A stretch of DNA of 64,000 nt. Source: Camelus ferus. Taxonomy: Eukaryota. The stretch's first letter is position 1; every line of letters begins with the position of its first letter. The translations under genes and the position numbers were made by a program. Below the pieces are notes generated by a model. The model ran no database searches and was not told the DNA's origin. It saw nothing but the letters and a program-made list of their open reading frames with translations. This document shows, piece by piece, positions 1 through 12,921 of the stretch. The DNA lies in NCBI RefSeq assembly GCF_009834535.1, contig NC_045697.1:106704001-106768000 (forward strand), given 5' to 3'.

Positions 1-1318
1 AGAAGGAAAAGCCTGCGCTTTTGGCAGGAGAACTGAAATAGAGAAATTGAGGTTGACCTATTTCCTTAGCACTGCAAGCCTTGCATTGTCCTCCCAGGCA
101 GTATGAAAATCCTTGAACTGGGAAACCGACAGCTGCAATCAGACACTTGCATTGAGGGAACAATCATGAATTTTAATAGGAGAGCTGCTGCTGGGAGAGG
201 TTGGGAGAGGAGGGGAGCCAAGCCAATTCAAACAAAAGGAGCGGAAGGGGGGGTCACTCCACATACAGCTCACGGCAGTGATGAGAGTAATATTCAAATT
301 ACTTATCCCACAGCGATGTTGATGACTTAAGAGGGAAGGATTGCCGAACTGTTGTGAAGTGGAGGGGGTTCTGAATCTTCCGTGATTACAAATCCCACTG
401 CACTGAAGGCAAAGAAGGCGGGCAATGCAAAACGTGACTTGTTAGCAGGAGCAGTCCCCAGACACCGCGCTCCAGCAGGGCCCAGGAAGAGAGCCCCGAG
501 GACCGCGGTCACTGCCACGCAGATTCAAGTGCTTCCCCCTCGGGGACTGGCGGGGACAGGCTGCACAGGCGGCGGGGACACACGTGCACAGCCCCAGAGC
601 CGGTTTCAGGACGTCCTGCCCAGCGGCCCTCTGTGCTGTGCTGGAACTTCCCTTCTGAGCCCCCGCCAGCATCCTGTTTGTCCTGGGGCGGAAGTGTTGG
701 AATCTGTTCCCATTGTCAGATCTCTTTGTGAAGCGGTTGCTTCTTGCTGTTAACATTCCCAAGGTGGCCTCCTCAGGAGTCAGGATGTAGAGAACATGAT
801 CAGAGGAGCGTTTCTCTCTTTAGAGCAAGGTTCTGTCCGCGCCTGCGCCGCCACACCCAGACCGAAGCTCTGCACCGCTTCCGGGGATGAGCGCATCCCA
901 CCCATCCCACACCCCCAGGCACTTTGTCTTTATTTGTTTACATGGCTCTGTCACTTTAGAAGGGGGGCCTGAGTCTTTATCAAATCAGGAACATAATCAT
1001 TTCAAAACCCCATTTTTCTGAATCAATCTTGATTTTTTTTTTCCTAAGCAAAGATGCCACTTTAAAAAAGTACATTACAAGCTTTGTTCACCAGGCTCCT
1101 CTGTTGGTGAGATTATTTAGCCTGGGGATAACTGACCAGAGACAGTTATCTGAGAGAGTGCTGGCTGCCTTCCGAGAGCTACAGGAGAGGTACTGAAGAA
1201 CGCCCTCCCACTCAGGCATGGAAGCAGCAACTGCCCTTTTCTGAATGGGTATTAAAGAATGAACTAATTTCTTGGCTTGTGAGCAGGTTCTTCTCCTGTC
1301 GTAGAAAGGGGAGGTGGT

Positions 1319-1533
1319 GAGTCATGTCATCGCACGGTATCCACGGGGGAACTGGTTCCCTGACCCATCATGAATACCGAAAGCCGCGGATGCTGAAGTC
1401 CCATAGCTGGTCCTCTGCATCCGTGGATTCAGCCAACCAGCGGGTCTGAAGTAGTTCTGTAGTTTTTATTGAAAAAAGTCCAAGTATAAGTGGACTTGCG
1501 CAGTTCACACCCCTGTCCTTCGGGGTCAGCTGT
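1319..1533 (+). mobile_element. MER2-like TcMar-Tigger DNA transposon remnant
   Basis: ggtatccacggggga..ctggttcc..gcggatgctgaagtccc start and tataagtggac..gcgcagttca..ggtcagctgt end resemble MER2 termini. Confidence 0.75.
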
Positions 1534-4500
1534 GTGTCTGTGGTGGGGAATTGGGACTTAGCCGGACTAAGGCAGAACACGTGAGAAGTGGAGACGAGGA
1601 GCAGGGCTGCCCATTACCAGACTGTGAGGAGGGAAGCGTCCTGGATCCCCGGCCAGGGCTTGTCACCAGCCCTGCAGGTGTTGGTGCAGCCTTTGTGGGC
1701 TGTTCGGCCCGGGCCTCACATTTGTGAAGATTTCCTATTTAGTCTTAACAAGTATCGCTGAGTGAGTCTACATAGTTGTAATTTATATGTATTTAAATAG
1801 TTTGTTGCATTATGGGTGGAATATATCGTGGTTACCGTAATAACCCATTTTTGCATTTCTTCAGGTTCTAGTAGGTGGAAGTGTTCTGCCTCTTGCCTCC
1901 TCAGCGCCTTCTCTGTTCCCTGCGCACACGCTTCCTGTCCACAGCGCTCCTGATGCTGAGGTCTGCACGGGCTCCCGTGTCTTTGTCCTGACTGTAAGGG
2001 GGGAGAATTCCCTCCAAGTCATCTAAGTTGCTAGAGACAAAGCAGCTCTGGTGGTGGAGGATAGGTGGGTGGGGTTCATGGTGGTAATAACATTTACTTA
2101 CTTTGGGGATCCTGCTAGAGTTCCACTCCTCACTACTGCGTGGTCATACCGCCCTCTCCCCTTCTCCTCACATCTCTTTTCTACCTAAGCCCTCTGGTTG
2201 TCCATGGCCATCACCACGGTGTAGTAGAAAAGCTGCCCACCCCTGCCCTCCCCCCCCATGAGTCTCATGCTTTGCTGAATCTGGAGTCCCCTGCCTCTGT
2301 GCTGCTCATCCACTGAACATCCCTGCTCATCGCTGAACATTCCCTGTATGTGTGTCCTCGGACACGGTGCTCTGGGGACAGTCACGGTCTCCAGGTGCTG
2401 GACGTTCTCCCCATCCTCCTCTGCGGCTCCGAGCTCATGGTGACCTCCCTAAGCCCCCATCCTGATACTCCATCTGGCTTCATCCACCTGGCTTCATCCA
2501 CCTGCTTAGGTTCCCGAGGTACCTTGTCACACCACAAGAATCTGAGGGTCACTTCTGTTCCTATTGATGGAGAAATAACGTACCAAAATGTCTTCCTGGA
2601 GAGAGGCTGAGAGGTCTTAAAGCCGTAGTGAGGCAGGGTATTCTTTAAGTCGTTCAGGTGCCACAACGGATTGGAAAATGGCCAAGAAGCAAAGAGGCTC
2701 TTCTTTCCAGGCGGAATAACAGCCTCCTTGTTGGGAAGGGAATAATCAATCCCAGCTGTAGAAAAGAGACCACGTTTCCTTTGCTTTACCATTCAAATCT
2801 AATCTCATGACATGAGTGTCTGACATGAGTAGCATTCTTGCCCAGACTGGTGGCCCCAGGGAGGGGATGGTTATTTAAGACAGCTGGCTCTCCATGCAAG
2901 GCATATAACTTGATGATAAATGCTTACAGATAACTTCCCTTACTCACTGGTCCCAGTCCCAGTTTAATTGACACCCCTGGAGATTTGCAAAAAATACATA
3001 GATGTTTCTTTGAAAGAATATCATGTCTCTGGATGCAAGAAAAAGATAAGAAATTCTGCATGCGCACAGCTCATCAGCATTTCCCTGCTTGTGCAGTTCT
3101 TCAGGGAGGGGTTCCTTTTATGCATTCCCTGTGAAGCAGAAGTTTCCTGTGCCTTTAAAACCTGTCTTGTGTTATAGTATAGAATAAATCTGACATACGA
3201 TTTTGTTTTTTCTTCCTTTGCTTTGTGTTTGAAAGGAACTATTTCTATGAATTAGCACTTTTAAGTCATCTTGCAGATTTTTTTTTTCCCTGAAAGCGTA
3301 GGTAGAGCTCCATCAAGAATAATTTTAAATTTTAGTGATTTAAAAATTGTTTTTTCCAGAGTTTATACTCCTTTGGATCAAGAAACCTTGTTCTTGGATT
3401 AACAGTTATACATAAATTCCTAGACCTAAGTGTCGAGCATTTGCTGCACATTCCTTTCTCGTCATTGGAGATGAAGTCTGTGGGCAGAGAAGGAATTGAT
3501 TCACACATCTTTTCTTCCATCTGAGAACTTGGTCACTATAATGGTAATAATATATAAACTAAAATGGATATTCTGAGGAAACAGGCATTTATTTGAAAGA
3601 TTTTGAAAATACTGAGTGTATGTAGAATTTGTCTTTGCAATCAAAGGTAATAATGTTCAATGGCAGAGTGATAATTAATCTTTTGAAAACAAAAACATGA
3701 AGAATGGATCGATGACCTAAAAAAATAAATAAAAGGAATTGATAAGAAAAAGTAAGACCTGGCTAGGTTGCAAAATCAGTACTGAGTGAAGAAAAGTAAA
3801 TTGCAGAATTGATATATTTAGTATGCTATAACTTAAATAAAATTTTTACAGCATACTAAATAATGTTCCTGGTTGTCTATAATATGAAGTCTAAAAACAT
3901 GGCTTGCGAGGACCCAGGCTGAATACTTGATAGTATTTTCCTGGGGTGGTGGAGAAGGAAGGCAGGCAGGAGGGAGGAGAAATGGGGCTTGGGACCAGGA
4001 ACAAAAGCAATTTTAACTTTTGTTTTATTTTTATACAAGAAAAAGATGTGAGGCAAAGATGACAAAATAACATTAACTCTGGGTGCTGGGCATTACCTGC
4101 TGCAGTCTTTGGTCCTAAATGTATTAAGTTACCTAAAAATGAAACAACAAAAAAGCTATGTCTACCTTCATTCTAAAGTTTCACGTATATGGGAGTAGAG
4201 GTGCACAGTCAATAGATAAAACTCTTCTACGAGTATTTGTATTTTTGATAAACCAATGAGTCTGACCTCTGAGTACCTTGCTTTGAGTCCTCCCAAACCA
4301 AGGACTTGTTCTAACAACTCGCAAATTAGTTATGTATATGTTAGTGTAACAAGTTTTGGCTGTGTTTCAGGAACAGGTGCCTTTTAAACAGGGAGATCTA
4401 ATTGTGGTATTTGCCTGAGCCAGTATCACATTCGTTTTAAAAGTGTTGCCATAAATAATTCAAATAGATGGCATGCTTTCTGTGTCTAAATAGCCACAGG

Positions 4501-5809
4501 CATGTAACTTATTCAGAGGATTTCTTCTGCTATAAAAGTAGGACCTTCATCTGCTAAGAAGGCTGCACTGGGAAAATTTTCTCATTGCTTTTCATGTAGG
4601 ATTTACGTTGGTTTGAAAATGAAAATTTTGATTCCTTGTCACTGTGAAAAATAGATGCAGCAATAGAAACCCAAACCTTACGGTTTCTGTAGCATAGAAC
4701 TGCCCCACTTATTTTGGACTCAAATCTGACCTATTCACCAGGCTGGACCACAGCCTAAAATGAGGAAATACACAAAGGGAGCTTTGTCACTAGTGTGAGA
4801 TTTGGGCACTAAAGTTTATTTTCTTTCCTTCCAATCAAAGCCTCTAACCCTCACCCAGGTGACTCTTACTTTTCATTTAAGTTTCTGAAACCTGAAATAT
4901 CTCTCCAGAATGTTAAATGCAGTAAATTAGAAGTGGACAGGGGGGCTGCTAAAAGAATAGTTGGAGTGGTCCTTATGATACAAAAGATGAAGGTTCAGAG
5001 CGTGATGGCAAGGGAGGAGGAAAGTAATTTTAAGATCAGAAGAAACATTAAAAAAAGAAAAGACATGATTCATTTTTAAAGAAATACGGGATGATGTCCC
5101 CTCAAACCTAAATAACCCTACTGCGTTAGAGCTTATAATGGTGTTTGTTCTGATAGTGCTGAGTGTTTGGTGTTTTCCAGAATAAGTATTGAATGAACTG
5201 ATCAAGCTTTTCCATACTCTTCCAATGAATGGTTCTCTTAGACTTGATTCCAAGGGCCTTTATTATCTGAATGTGCTTACCATATGCTAAACTGTTGCCA
5301 AGAGAGCGGACTAACCTGATAATGGATTTTTTGGTATGCAGAGGATGAATTTCTGGAAGATGTTGCAGGTTTTGCTTTTGTGATAAAATCTTTAAAGTCA
5401 CAATATTTATTAATATGTATTTATACTCTTAGAATCTCCAGTCTGGCCGCATATGGAGTCCTATTCAAAAACCATATGATTCCAACTTGTGCTTGTAATT
5501 TGTTTTTAGAAAGAGCCGATTTGTTTGAAGATATCAATTCCAGAATATATTAAGTATTCCCTAAAGTATAGGAGGTTGGTCTCAACTTGTCCTGACCTTA
5601 AGACTTGGAAGTTGATCCTTTAAAAGAAAAAAAAAAAAAAAACAAAAAAAAAAACCTAGGTATATGCTTGCATGCTTGCCATTCACTTACTTCATAAAAG
5701 CACAACATAGAAAAATTAGTGGTGGTTCGGGTTTTAGACACGTATAGAAACTTCTGTGACTTATCTCAATAAGGTCTCTTAGGATGTTTTCATAGGTTGT
5801 AAATCACAC

Positions 5810-5975
5810 TGTAGTGTGCGGTCAAGTACACAGGATGCACCCCAAGTCAGACAGGCTGAGTTCAGATCTCAGCTCCTCCCTCACTGGCTGTGAGACCCTG
5901 AGCAGGTGACTTAACCTCTTTGAGCCTTGGTTCCTTTTTGTGTAAAATGGGCATCACCGTGCCCACTTCCCAGGC
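5810..5975 (+). mobile_element. MIR SINE
   Basis: core ggctgtgagaccctgagcaggtgacttaacctctttgagcc...tgtaaaatggg. Confidence 0.8.
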
Positions 5976-6548
5976 TGCTTCTGGGGGCTGGTGCAGTTCC
6001 TGTGTCAGTGAGATTCCTGGTGTGTGCCGTTTGTTTCCTTTCCCTCTCTGCTGGAAACAGAAAAGTTTGGATTAGAAAATTACCGCCTTATTTTGATTCT
6101 CAGTTGCCTCTTCTGTAACACTATGATTTCTTTCTTTGTTTATTACGGCAAGATGACTGAGTCCTAGGGAACACTGACTCAAAGTTCTAGTCACTTTTGC
6201 TTGAAAATGTTTAGCTTCTACATCAGAGTTAGAGGAAAACTCATGCTTCACAGATTTCCTCTGACTTCCTCACCTGAATTCTGCTAAAATTTGGCTCCAG
6301 CCTCTCTCCCTTGGTGGAAAGCTCTGGAGTAGGTTTGTAACTTTTCTCCTGTAGGAATTAAGACCGGGGTCCTCAGTGGGGGCAGTCAGAGGGTCAGCTT
6401 AGAAATCACCTCCTTTATAGGAAGGGCGATCATTGTCCCTCCTTCCAGAATTTGGTAGCTAAATATCTGTGAATTTTTCATCCTAATGGGATATTAATGG
6501 TAGAGGTACTTCCTGAAACCAAATCTTTGGCCTCCAGATTCCGTGACT

Positions 6549-6684
6549 GGGGGCATTGGGTGTCGCTCAAGTGGTAGAGCGCATGCTTAGCATGCACGAA
6601 GTCTTGCTAAGGTTCAATCCCCAGTACCTCCATAAAAATAAATAAATCTAATTGCCCACCTCCCCCATCCAAAAAAAAAAAAAA
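6549..6684 (+). mobile_element. Young tRNA-derived SINE (camelid Vic-1-like)
   Basis: A-box-like gctcaagtggtagagc, B-box ggttcaatccc, AT-rich body, poly(A); imperfect TSD agattccgtgact (6536-48) / agattctatgatt (6685-97). Confidence 0.85.
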
Positions 6685-6869
6685 AGATTCTATGATTAGT
6701 CTCCATTGGTGAATCATCATTATTACGGGGAGGACACAGTGGGAAAAGGAAAGTTAAGTCCTTCCTTTTTTATTTTTTTAATGAAAGCAGACTAAATGTA
6801 GGGAGTTGTCTGCAGATGCCAGTGAGAAGCTCTTTACTGTAAGTGCTGTCATCTTTTAGCTTCAGTTCT

Positions 6870-6883
6870 GTTTCCATGGCAAC
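6870..6883. promoter_or_regulatory. RFX X-box GTTTCCATGGCAAC
   Basis: Matches the 14-bp palindromic RFX consensus GTTNCCATGGNAAC; function not shown. Confidence 0.6.
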
Positions 6884-9800
6884 CACAGGGTTGGTGAGTG
6901 CCTGGCTGAATGGTTTTACAGGAAGCCGTAAAACATTGCTATTCTAAGTAGCTTTCTTCTTTGCTGTATAAAGGAGTCCCTTCCCTGACTGTAGGCCAGC
7001 CAACATTTACTGGGAACAAAGCAGGCTATTTATGCTGATTGTGTTTTGGGTAGAGGGTAAAAAAAAAAAAAATTCAGGGAGAATGCCAGTCCTTGCTTAG
7101 TGACCTGTGAATTTATTTTTCTGGTTGTTGTTCCTAGCATTTTGTAAAAACTGAGTGACTTATTTTAATTCTTTATTTCAGGTACAATTTCCCTGTTCAT
7201 TTTAAGCAGAGCTTATATTCTAGAGCTAGAACTGGCGAAAAAAAAAAAGAAGGTGGTGGTGGTGTGTGTCTGGGATAATATTAGTTACGGTGTAGTCAGT
7301 CTGCTGAATTTATAGCTTTCAAGTATCTACGAGGGCAGTCTGTTAAAAAAGATGTCGCCTGCTAGCAGCAGAAACAGGCAGATAATGGCTTAGGCAGTTA
7401 CTAAGCTTACCCTTTATTGTATATTAAAATTGTCAGTTGGATTTTTTTTTACATCTTAAAAAACTTATGTTTCTATTTGTTTATATGATTAAAAAATTAT
7501 ATATGATAGAAAAGCCCATGGGGGGGTTCAAAATTAAATGCAGTTCTCTTTTGGCAATTTGTAACTTGTAATGTGACCATTTCTTAGGGGGAGAAAAGTA
7601 AGGATATCAATACCATTCCATTGAAAGCCTGTAAAATTTAGTTTCAAATATAAGCCACTTCCTGGGCTTTCTTTCTGGAGCTCCTTCAAATCCTCTTTAG
7701 AAGTAAGGTAGAAAAAAATGTTATTTCTAAACTACTTTTCTGTAGAGGCCACTTTTTAAACCTGAACTCTGATAATGAAAGTATTTGATTTCAACAGGAG
7801 GTGCGGACCTTTGTTCTCTCTCCGTCTCTTCTTCTTTCTTTCATGTATACACACACCTAGTTAAAATGAAAGAAAATCCGTAAATTCCAATTCCATGTAT
7901 TTTTACTTCTGATATCTATCATGCCATTATTTCTTTTATAAAGTGTGGTCCTTGTTCCGAAAGGTAGACATTCCAAAGGGGCTAAGATTTTGACCTTGAC
8001 TCTAGGTCAAGATAGGTTTAGATAAGTTGATGTTAGTTTAAACTATCCTCTCACTGAGATCCAGTGATGTTTCTTTTGCATTTTTATTGGGTCTTAGAAA
8101 TTTTCCATAAAATAGACTTGTGAAGTATCTCAAGAGACCCTTATTTAACAGAACCCCAAGTCTTTGAATGGCACCAAATAGCAGGTTTAATTTCAAGTTG
8201 CTTTGCTATGAATCTCCTCTACCAAATGGTTGCAGTAGTAGATTTCATAAGGAATTTTTCTCAAATCACCCTAAAATAATGATGAGGTTTAATTCCTGAA
8301 AGAATTTACATGAGCTAAGATGAATATTTTAAGGTGTCCAGAGCCAAAATTTGATTAGCAAATATTTGCTGAATACCTCCTTAGGGAGCTACAGGGTTTG
8401 ACTGGTATAGTCAAGGAGTTTATCAATTATCTTGGCATAAACAAACCCCTCATAAATCTGGGAACAAGGACTACCTTGCATAATAATGGGTTGGTAGGAA
8501 TTCATAGAAAGAGTGTAAGATGGAGCCTCTGGGGTGGGGGTGGCAGGCTACCTGGAGGAAATGGGACTCAGGGCATTTCATTAATTCAATAGAAATGTGC
8601 TGAACACAAAGCGTACACTCTGGGTGCTGTGTACTATGCTGGAATTCTAGTGATGACCAAGGCAATGTGTGTATGTGGAATGCACAGTCTGGTAAGAGGT
8701 CCAGACACAAAACCAGGCAGTTGACTCAGTGGTAATGTCTGTGCTTGACAGAGTATTAAGGGAAAACCTGGATTTGGAGGGCATGAAGGTTTCATTGATG
8801 ACGATTTCTTTGAGGTCGTATAAAGCTGAAACTTGAACCTAAAGAAATCCCAAATGAACATTGCTATTTACCCGCTTATAATAGTGGTCCTTTTTTTCTC
8901 CCTCAGAAAAATGAAGGCAGCTTTTCTGAAAGCAGTGTCCTAAATCCTAAATAAGCTTTTCTTAGAAACTAAAAAATTTAGATTATAGAACTTTGTGGTA
9001 GGAAATGATCTTAGAGAATTCCAACCTGCTTTATCACCAGCTCCTTAGTAACTCTGGGAAGAGTAAGACATACAGGATTTCCAGAGAGCTGGGGAGTCAG
9101 AAAATGGAGACCTTTTCTGGTTCAGAATGTAAGTGTCCAGGAAGGATGACATCCCTATGTCTTCTGCCTTTTTTCTTTTGAGGAAAGAGTTTATTATGCC
9201 CCTAATACATGCATAGTATATTTTATCAGACCTCAAGCCTCTGTATCTGTTTCTGTATCCTTTCACAGACCAAATAGTGAAAGAAAAAAAAAGTGAGTGT
9301 GGCCATCTGTTAAGAACTAGCACTGAAATTACACCTGCCACCTCTTCACCCTGCCCTAATTAATCTGTCTACTGAAGGATAGAAATATTAGTGTTTTTAT
9401 TTTTTTTTTGAAAAATTAGTGTTTTTAAATGGCCCACATTCATTTGGAAAAGTTAGATCTGCTGCTCTCGTGTACACATTATTTCTCAGTTGGAGTTTCC
9501 CTGTTAGATCCTGCTGATGGCTTTAATTTTGTGCCTTAGCAGGAGGACTACTGCCCCTCTTTTGTGTAGCTTGCTTTTAAAATCCACCTAACATCCATTA
9601 TTCGTGAAGAATTTCTTGCACTGAAGAAAGACTTTAGAAACAAACCGTAAGAGGTCTTCTAAACCGATAGACTTTTCCTCGCCTTTATTAAGAGTGATTT
9701 TGAGACGTTATTTGTGGGATTGATACGTTATTTTCTGAAGTCACATTTAGTGACATGGCTCATAACTCAGTGTTAAATGCCAGTTTTTGAAATATGTGAT

Positions 9801-11019
9801 AGAAGGAAGAAACACCACCAGAGTTAAAGAACAAGAAATATGTTTAAAAAATAAAAGAATTATATATGTGTCCAGATACGTGGAATATTCTAAAGGTATT
9901 GAGTATTTTATGGGATGCTGTTTTTCATCGAGTTGTTTCTTCTTTGGGCTGCTTTACTCCTGTGGCGGATCTTCTATTACAGTGTTCGCCTATTGTGACA
10001 TTTTGAATGGTAATTACTGCTTTTCTTGTTCATCTCTACCGTGAGACTACGTGCTTCTTTGTTTATGCTTGGCCTGTGGTAGACACTTGATTAATGCTAG
10101 AATTTTTTTTTCCCCTGGGAAAATATCTAATTTATTGAACTTGTAGGAAAGCGTGTGTTTATTGGTTATACTTATAGAAAAGATTATCCATTGAGTTAAA
10201 ATTTTTAAAAAGTATTTGAGGCCATGAATTAATGAAAATGAAGAAATAACATGTATCAACTCCTTTCACATGCTGTCATGTTTAGTCCTTAAAGATGTAG
10301 TGGAACTGGTTTCTTGCCCATGTTGTAGACTGAGCCTCAGAGAGGTTGAGTATCTTACCTACGATTCTACTTGTTTAGAAGAGGGGGTGGGGGGGAAAGT
10401 CAGGCTCAGCAGGGTGTCCTCTGCTCCCAGCAAAAGCTTGTGCTGGCTGAGGGCATGCCTTCTGGGCTGACACCTGTATTTTAAATACCACCACAAGTGC
10501 GTTATCCTAGACGATGGGAGTGAAAACAGAACTGGAATCTGCTCATTCCCCTTCTGTGGATATCAGTTTTGGTTCACCTTTGTCCCCATCAACTTGCATC
10601 CCTGCCTGCTGGTGTTCTATTTCTAGTGTGTTTTAAGTTTATAGTTTTAGTTAAACACAGTAATGACAGTGCATAGCAGTACCCATCTACGTTGTGAAAA
10701 ATATGAACTGAGACTTGTATTTTGAGCCAGCCAGCAGCAGAGGGAGGGAAGTTCCCATTCTTTCCTTATTTATTCATTATCGGTGCAGTCTAGTTGTTTG
10801 CATCATCTGGGTTCCTGTCAGTTTTCTTCTGTTGGCTATTGAGATGCAGCCCAATGAAATAGTAACAATTCCAGCTTAAAACGTTTTTATTTTTCTTAAA
10901 CACTGTACAGGCCGGTAGCTGCTTTCTAGTCTTAGGACAAAGAATGTCTATCATGCCGACTGTGGGACCCCCAGTGGGCCCTTGATGCTGCCTGCAGGCC
11001 CATCTCATTTCCCTCCTTG

Positions 11020-12921
11020 TTCATTCTCCCCACAATCACAGATTGCAATTTCACACCTTTTCTTTCTCCTCGAATCTGCTGTACCTCCTCCCCCAGTCTC
11101 ACTGTGAGCTAATGACTTTGCTTCAATTTTCCTGGTGAAGCAGGAAGCAATCCACCAGCCTCCCCACCACATACGTGTCCCCACCTGGCAGCTTCCAGCC
11201 AGCTTCCTTTGTAGTCGAAGACTGACCACATTCTCATGCAGGTTGAGTCCTTTTCCCTGCACACTGATCCATCTCCTCTCACAAAGGGATGCAGCTCCCT
11301 TTTCTTGAATCACCATTTTCCCCCCTACTAGATAATTTCAACAGCATAGTAACCTGTGTTATTTCTCTCATCTTGAAAAATAAGTTGTGTTAACCGTGGA
11401 CTCCCTTCTTCCTTCCGCCACCTTCCCACTTCTCTGTCCCACCTTTCCAGTCAAAATGCCTTGAAAAAGTTGTCTGTACTCAGTGTCACCAGTTCTTCTC
11501 CTGTCTCCCGCTCCAGTTAGACTTTCATTTTAGCCACTACACCAAAACAACTTAAAGACCCTCATGACCTCCGTGGTGCTCAGTTCCATGGCCATGTAAC
11601 ACTGACCCAGTGGATTGCTCCCTCCTCAAAACACTTTCTGAGCTTCGTTTCCGTGACGTACAGAGTCTTGCTTTTCTTCCTCCCTCGTTGACTGTTCCTT
11701 GTCAGTCTTCTTCACTGGTTTCACTTCTTCTCCTTGACCTTGTGATGTGGCTGTGTTTTGGGGCTCAGGCCTTAGCCCTCTTCCCTGTGTGCATTCACTG
11801 CTGTAATTAACCTCAAGGTTTTAAAGACCATTCACCTGTTGGTGAGACCCAAATTTACATCTCCAGGCTAGCTCTCTCCCATGAAATTCAGATTTATGTC
11901 CAACTTTCCATCCAGCACCTCCACCTGGATATTTAATAGGCATTTCATAGTTCATGTTCCAAATCTGAATTCACCAGCATCCTCCCACCACTAACCTTGC
12001 CCGTTACCTTGAACTCTTCCACTAGAGTTACTGGCCAGCCCATCCTTCCGGTGGCTCAAGCCAAAACCCTGAGCCAACATACTCTTCTCTTTCTCTCATG
12101 TCCCCATATCCAAGGAGCAGTGAGACCCCCTCTCATTCCATCCACTCCTGACACCTTGGCACAGGCCACTCTCCTGTCTTGCTGAGTAGCAGTAGCCTCC
12201 AACCGTGCTGCTGTCTGTCCTTGTCCTTCTGCAGTTTGGTCTGAACACGGCGTTATGCTGTTTGAAGTAAGTCATGTTGTGGCAGTCCTCTGCTCTGAAG
12301 CCTCCAGTGGTTTCCTGTCTCACCCAGAGGAAAGGCAGAGTCCTGACTAGGGGCTGGCAGGCCCTACCCGATCTGCTTCCCTTCTTTACTGTGCTGACCT
12401 CTTCTGCAGTCAACCCCTCCCCTCTAACTGGTCCAGGACTGATTCCTATGAACACGCCGAGGCCTGTGCATATTCTGTTCCCTCTCCTGGAACCACTGAC
12501 ACCCCTCCCCAGATATTCATGTGGCTTCTCCATTACCTCTCTTAATATTTTGGTCAGATGTCGCCATTTCAGCGAGGCCTTCACTGACCACCCTATTTAG
12601 CATGGCAGCACCTGTCCCCTGCATTCACTGCTCCCCTTCCTTACTATCTTTCTCTGTAGCACTTACCACGTTTTAACATTGTGTAAATTTACTCATGTAT
12701 TTTTTTATTGATGTATAATCAGTTACAGTGTCAATTTCTAGTGTACAGCCTAATGTCCCAGTCTACTCATGCATTTTTGTTGTGCATCAGCTTATACTTG
12801 CTCCATGAGGGCAAGGATTTCTGTCTTTCTGGTTTTGTTTTTTTTTTTTTTACTGTTTCTGTTGCTAGCATAGTGAGTGGCATGTGGTAAGTTCTCAGTA
12901 TGAATTTGTTGAATGAATGAA
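11020..12921 (+). mobile_element. LINE-2 3' portion (~1.9 kb)
   Basis: C/T-rich L2 body (ctccacctggatatttaataggcat, ctctgctctgaagcctccagtgg) ending ctccatgagggcaagga...tttgttgaatgaatgaa. Confidence 0.8.
12705..12763 (-). mobile_element. Very short 5'-truncated young L1 3' end nested in L2
   Basis: Same family as 23331/26328/33919; TSD tactcatgtattttt (12690-704) / tactcatgcattttt (12764-78). Confidence 0.75.

Noticed and set aside
6549..6632. tRNA-like sequence
   Set aside because: Insertion before the B-box, AT-rich tail, poly(A) and TSD mark it as a SINE, not a tRNA gene
12096..12600. Overlapping 162-aa and 108-aa ORFs
   Set aside because: Lie within the decayed L2 element
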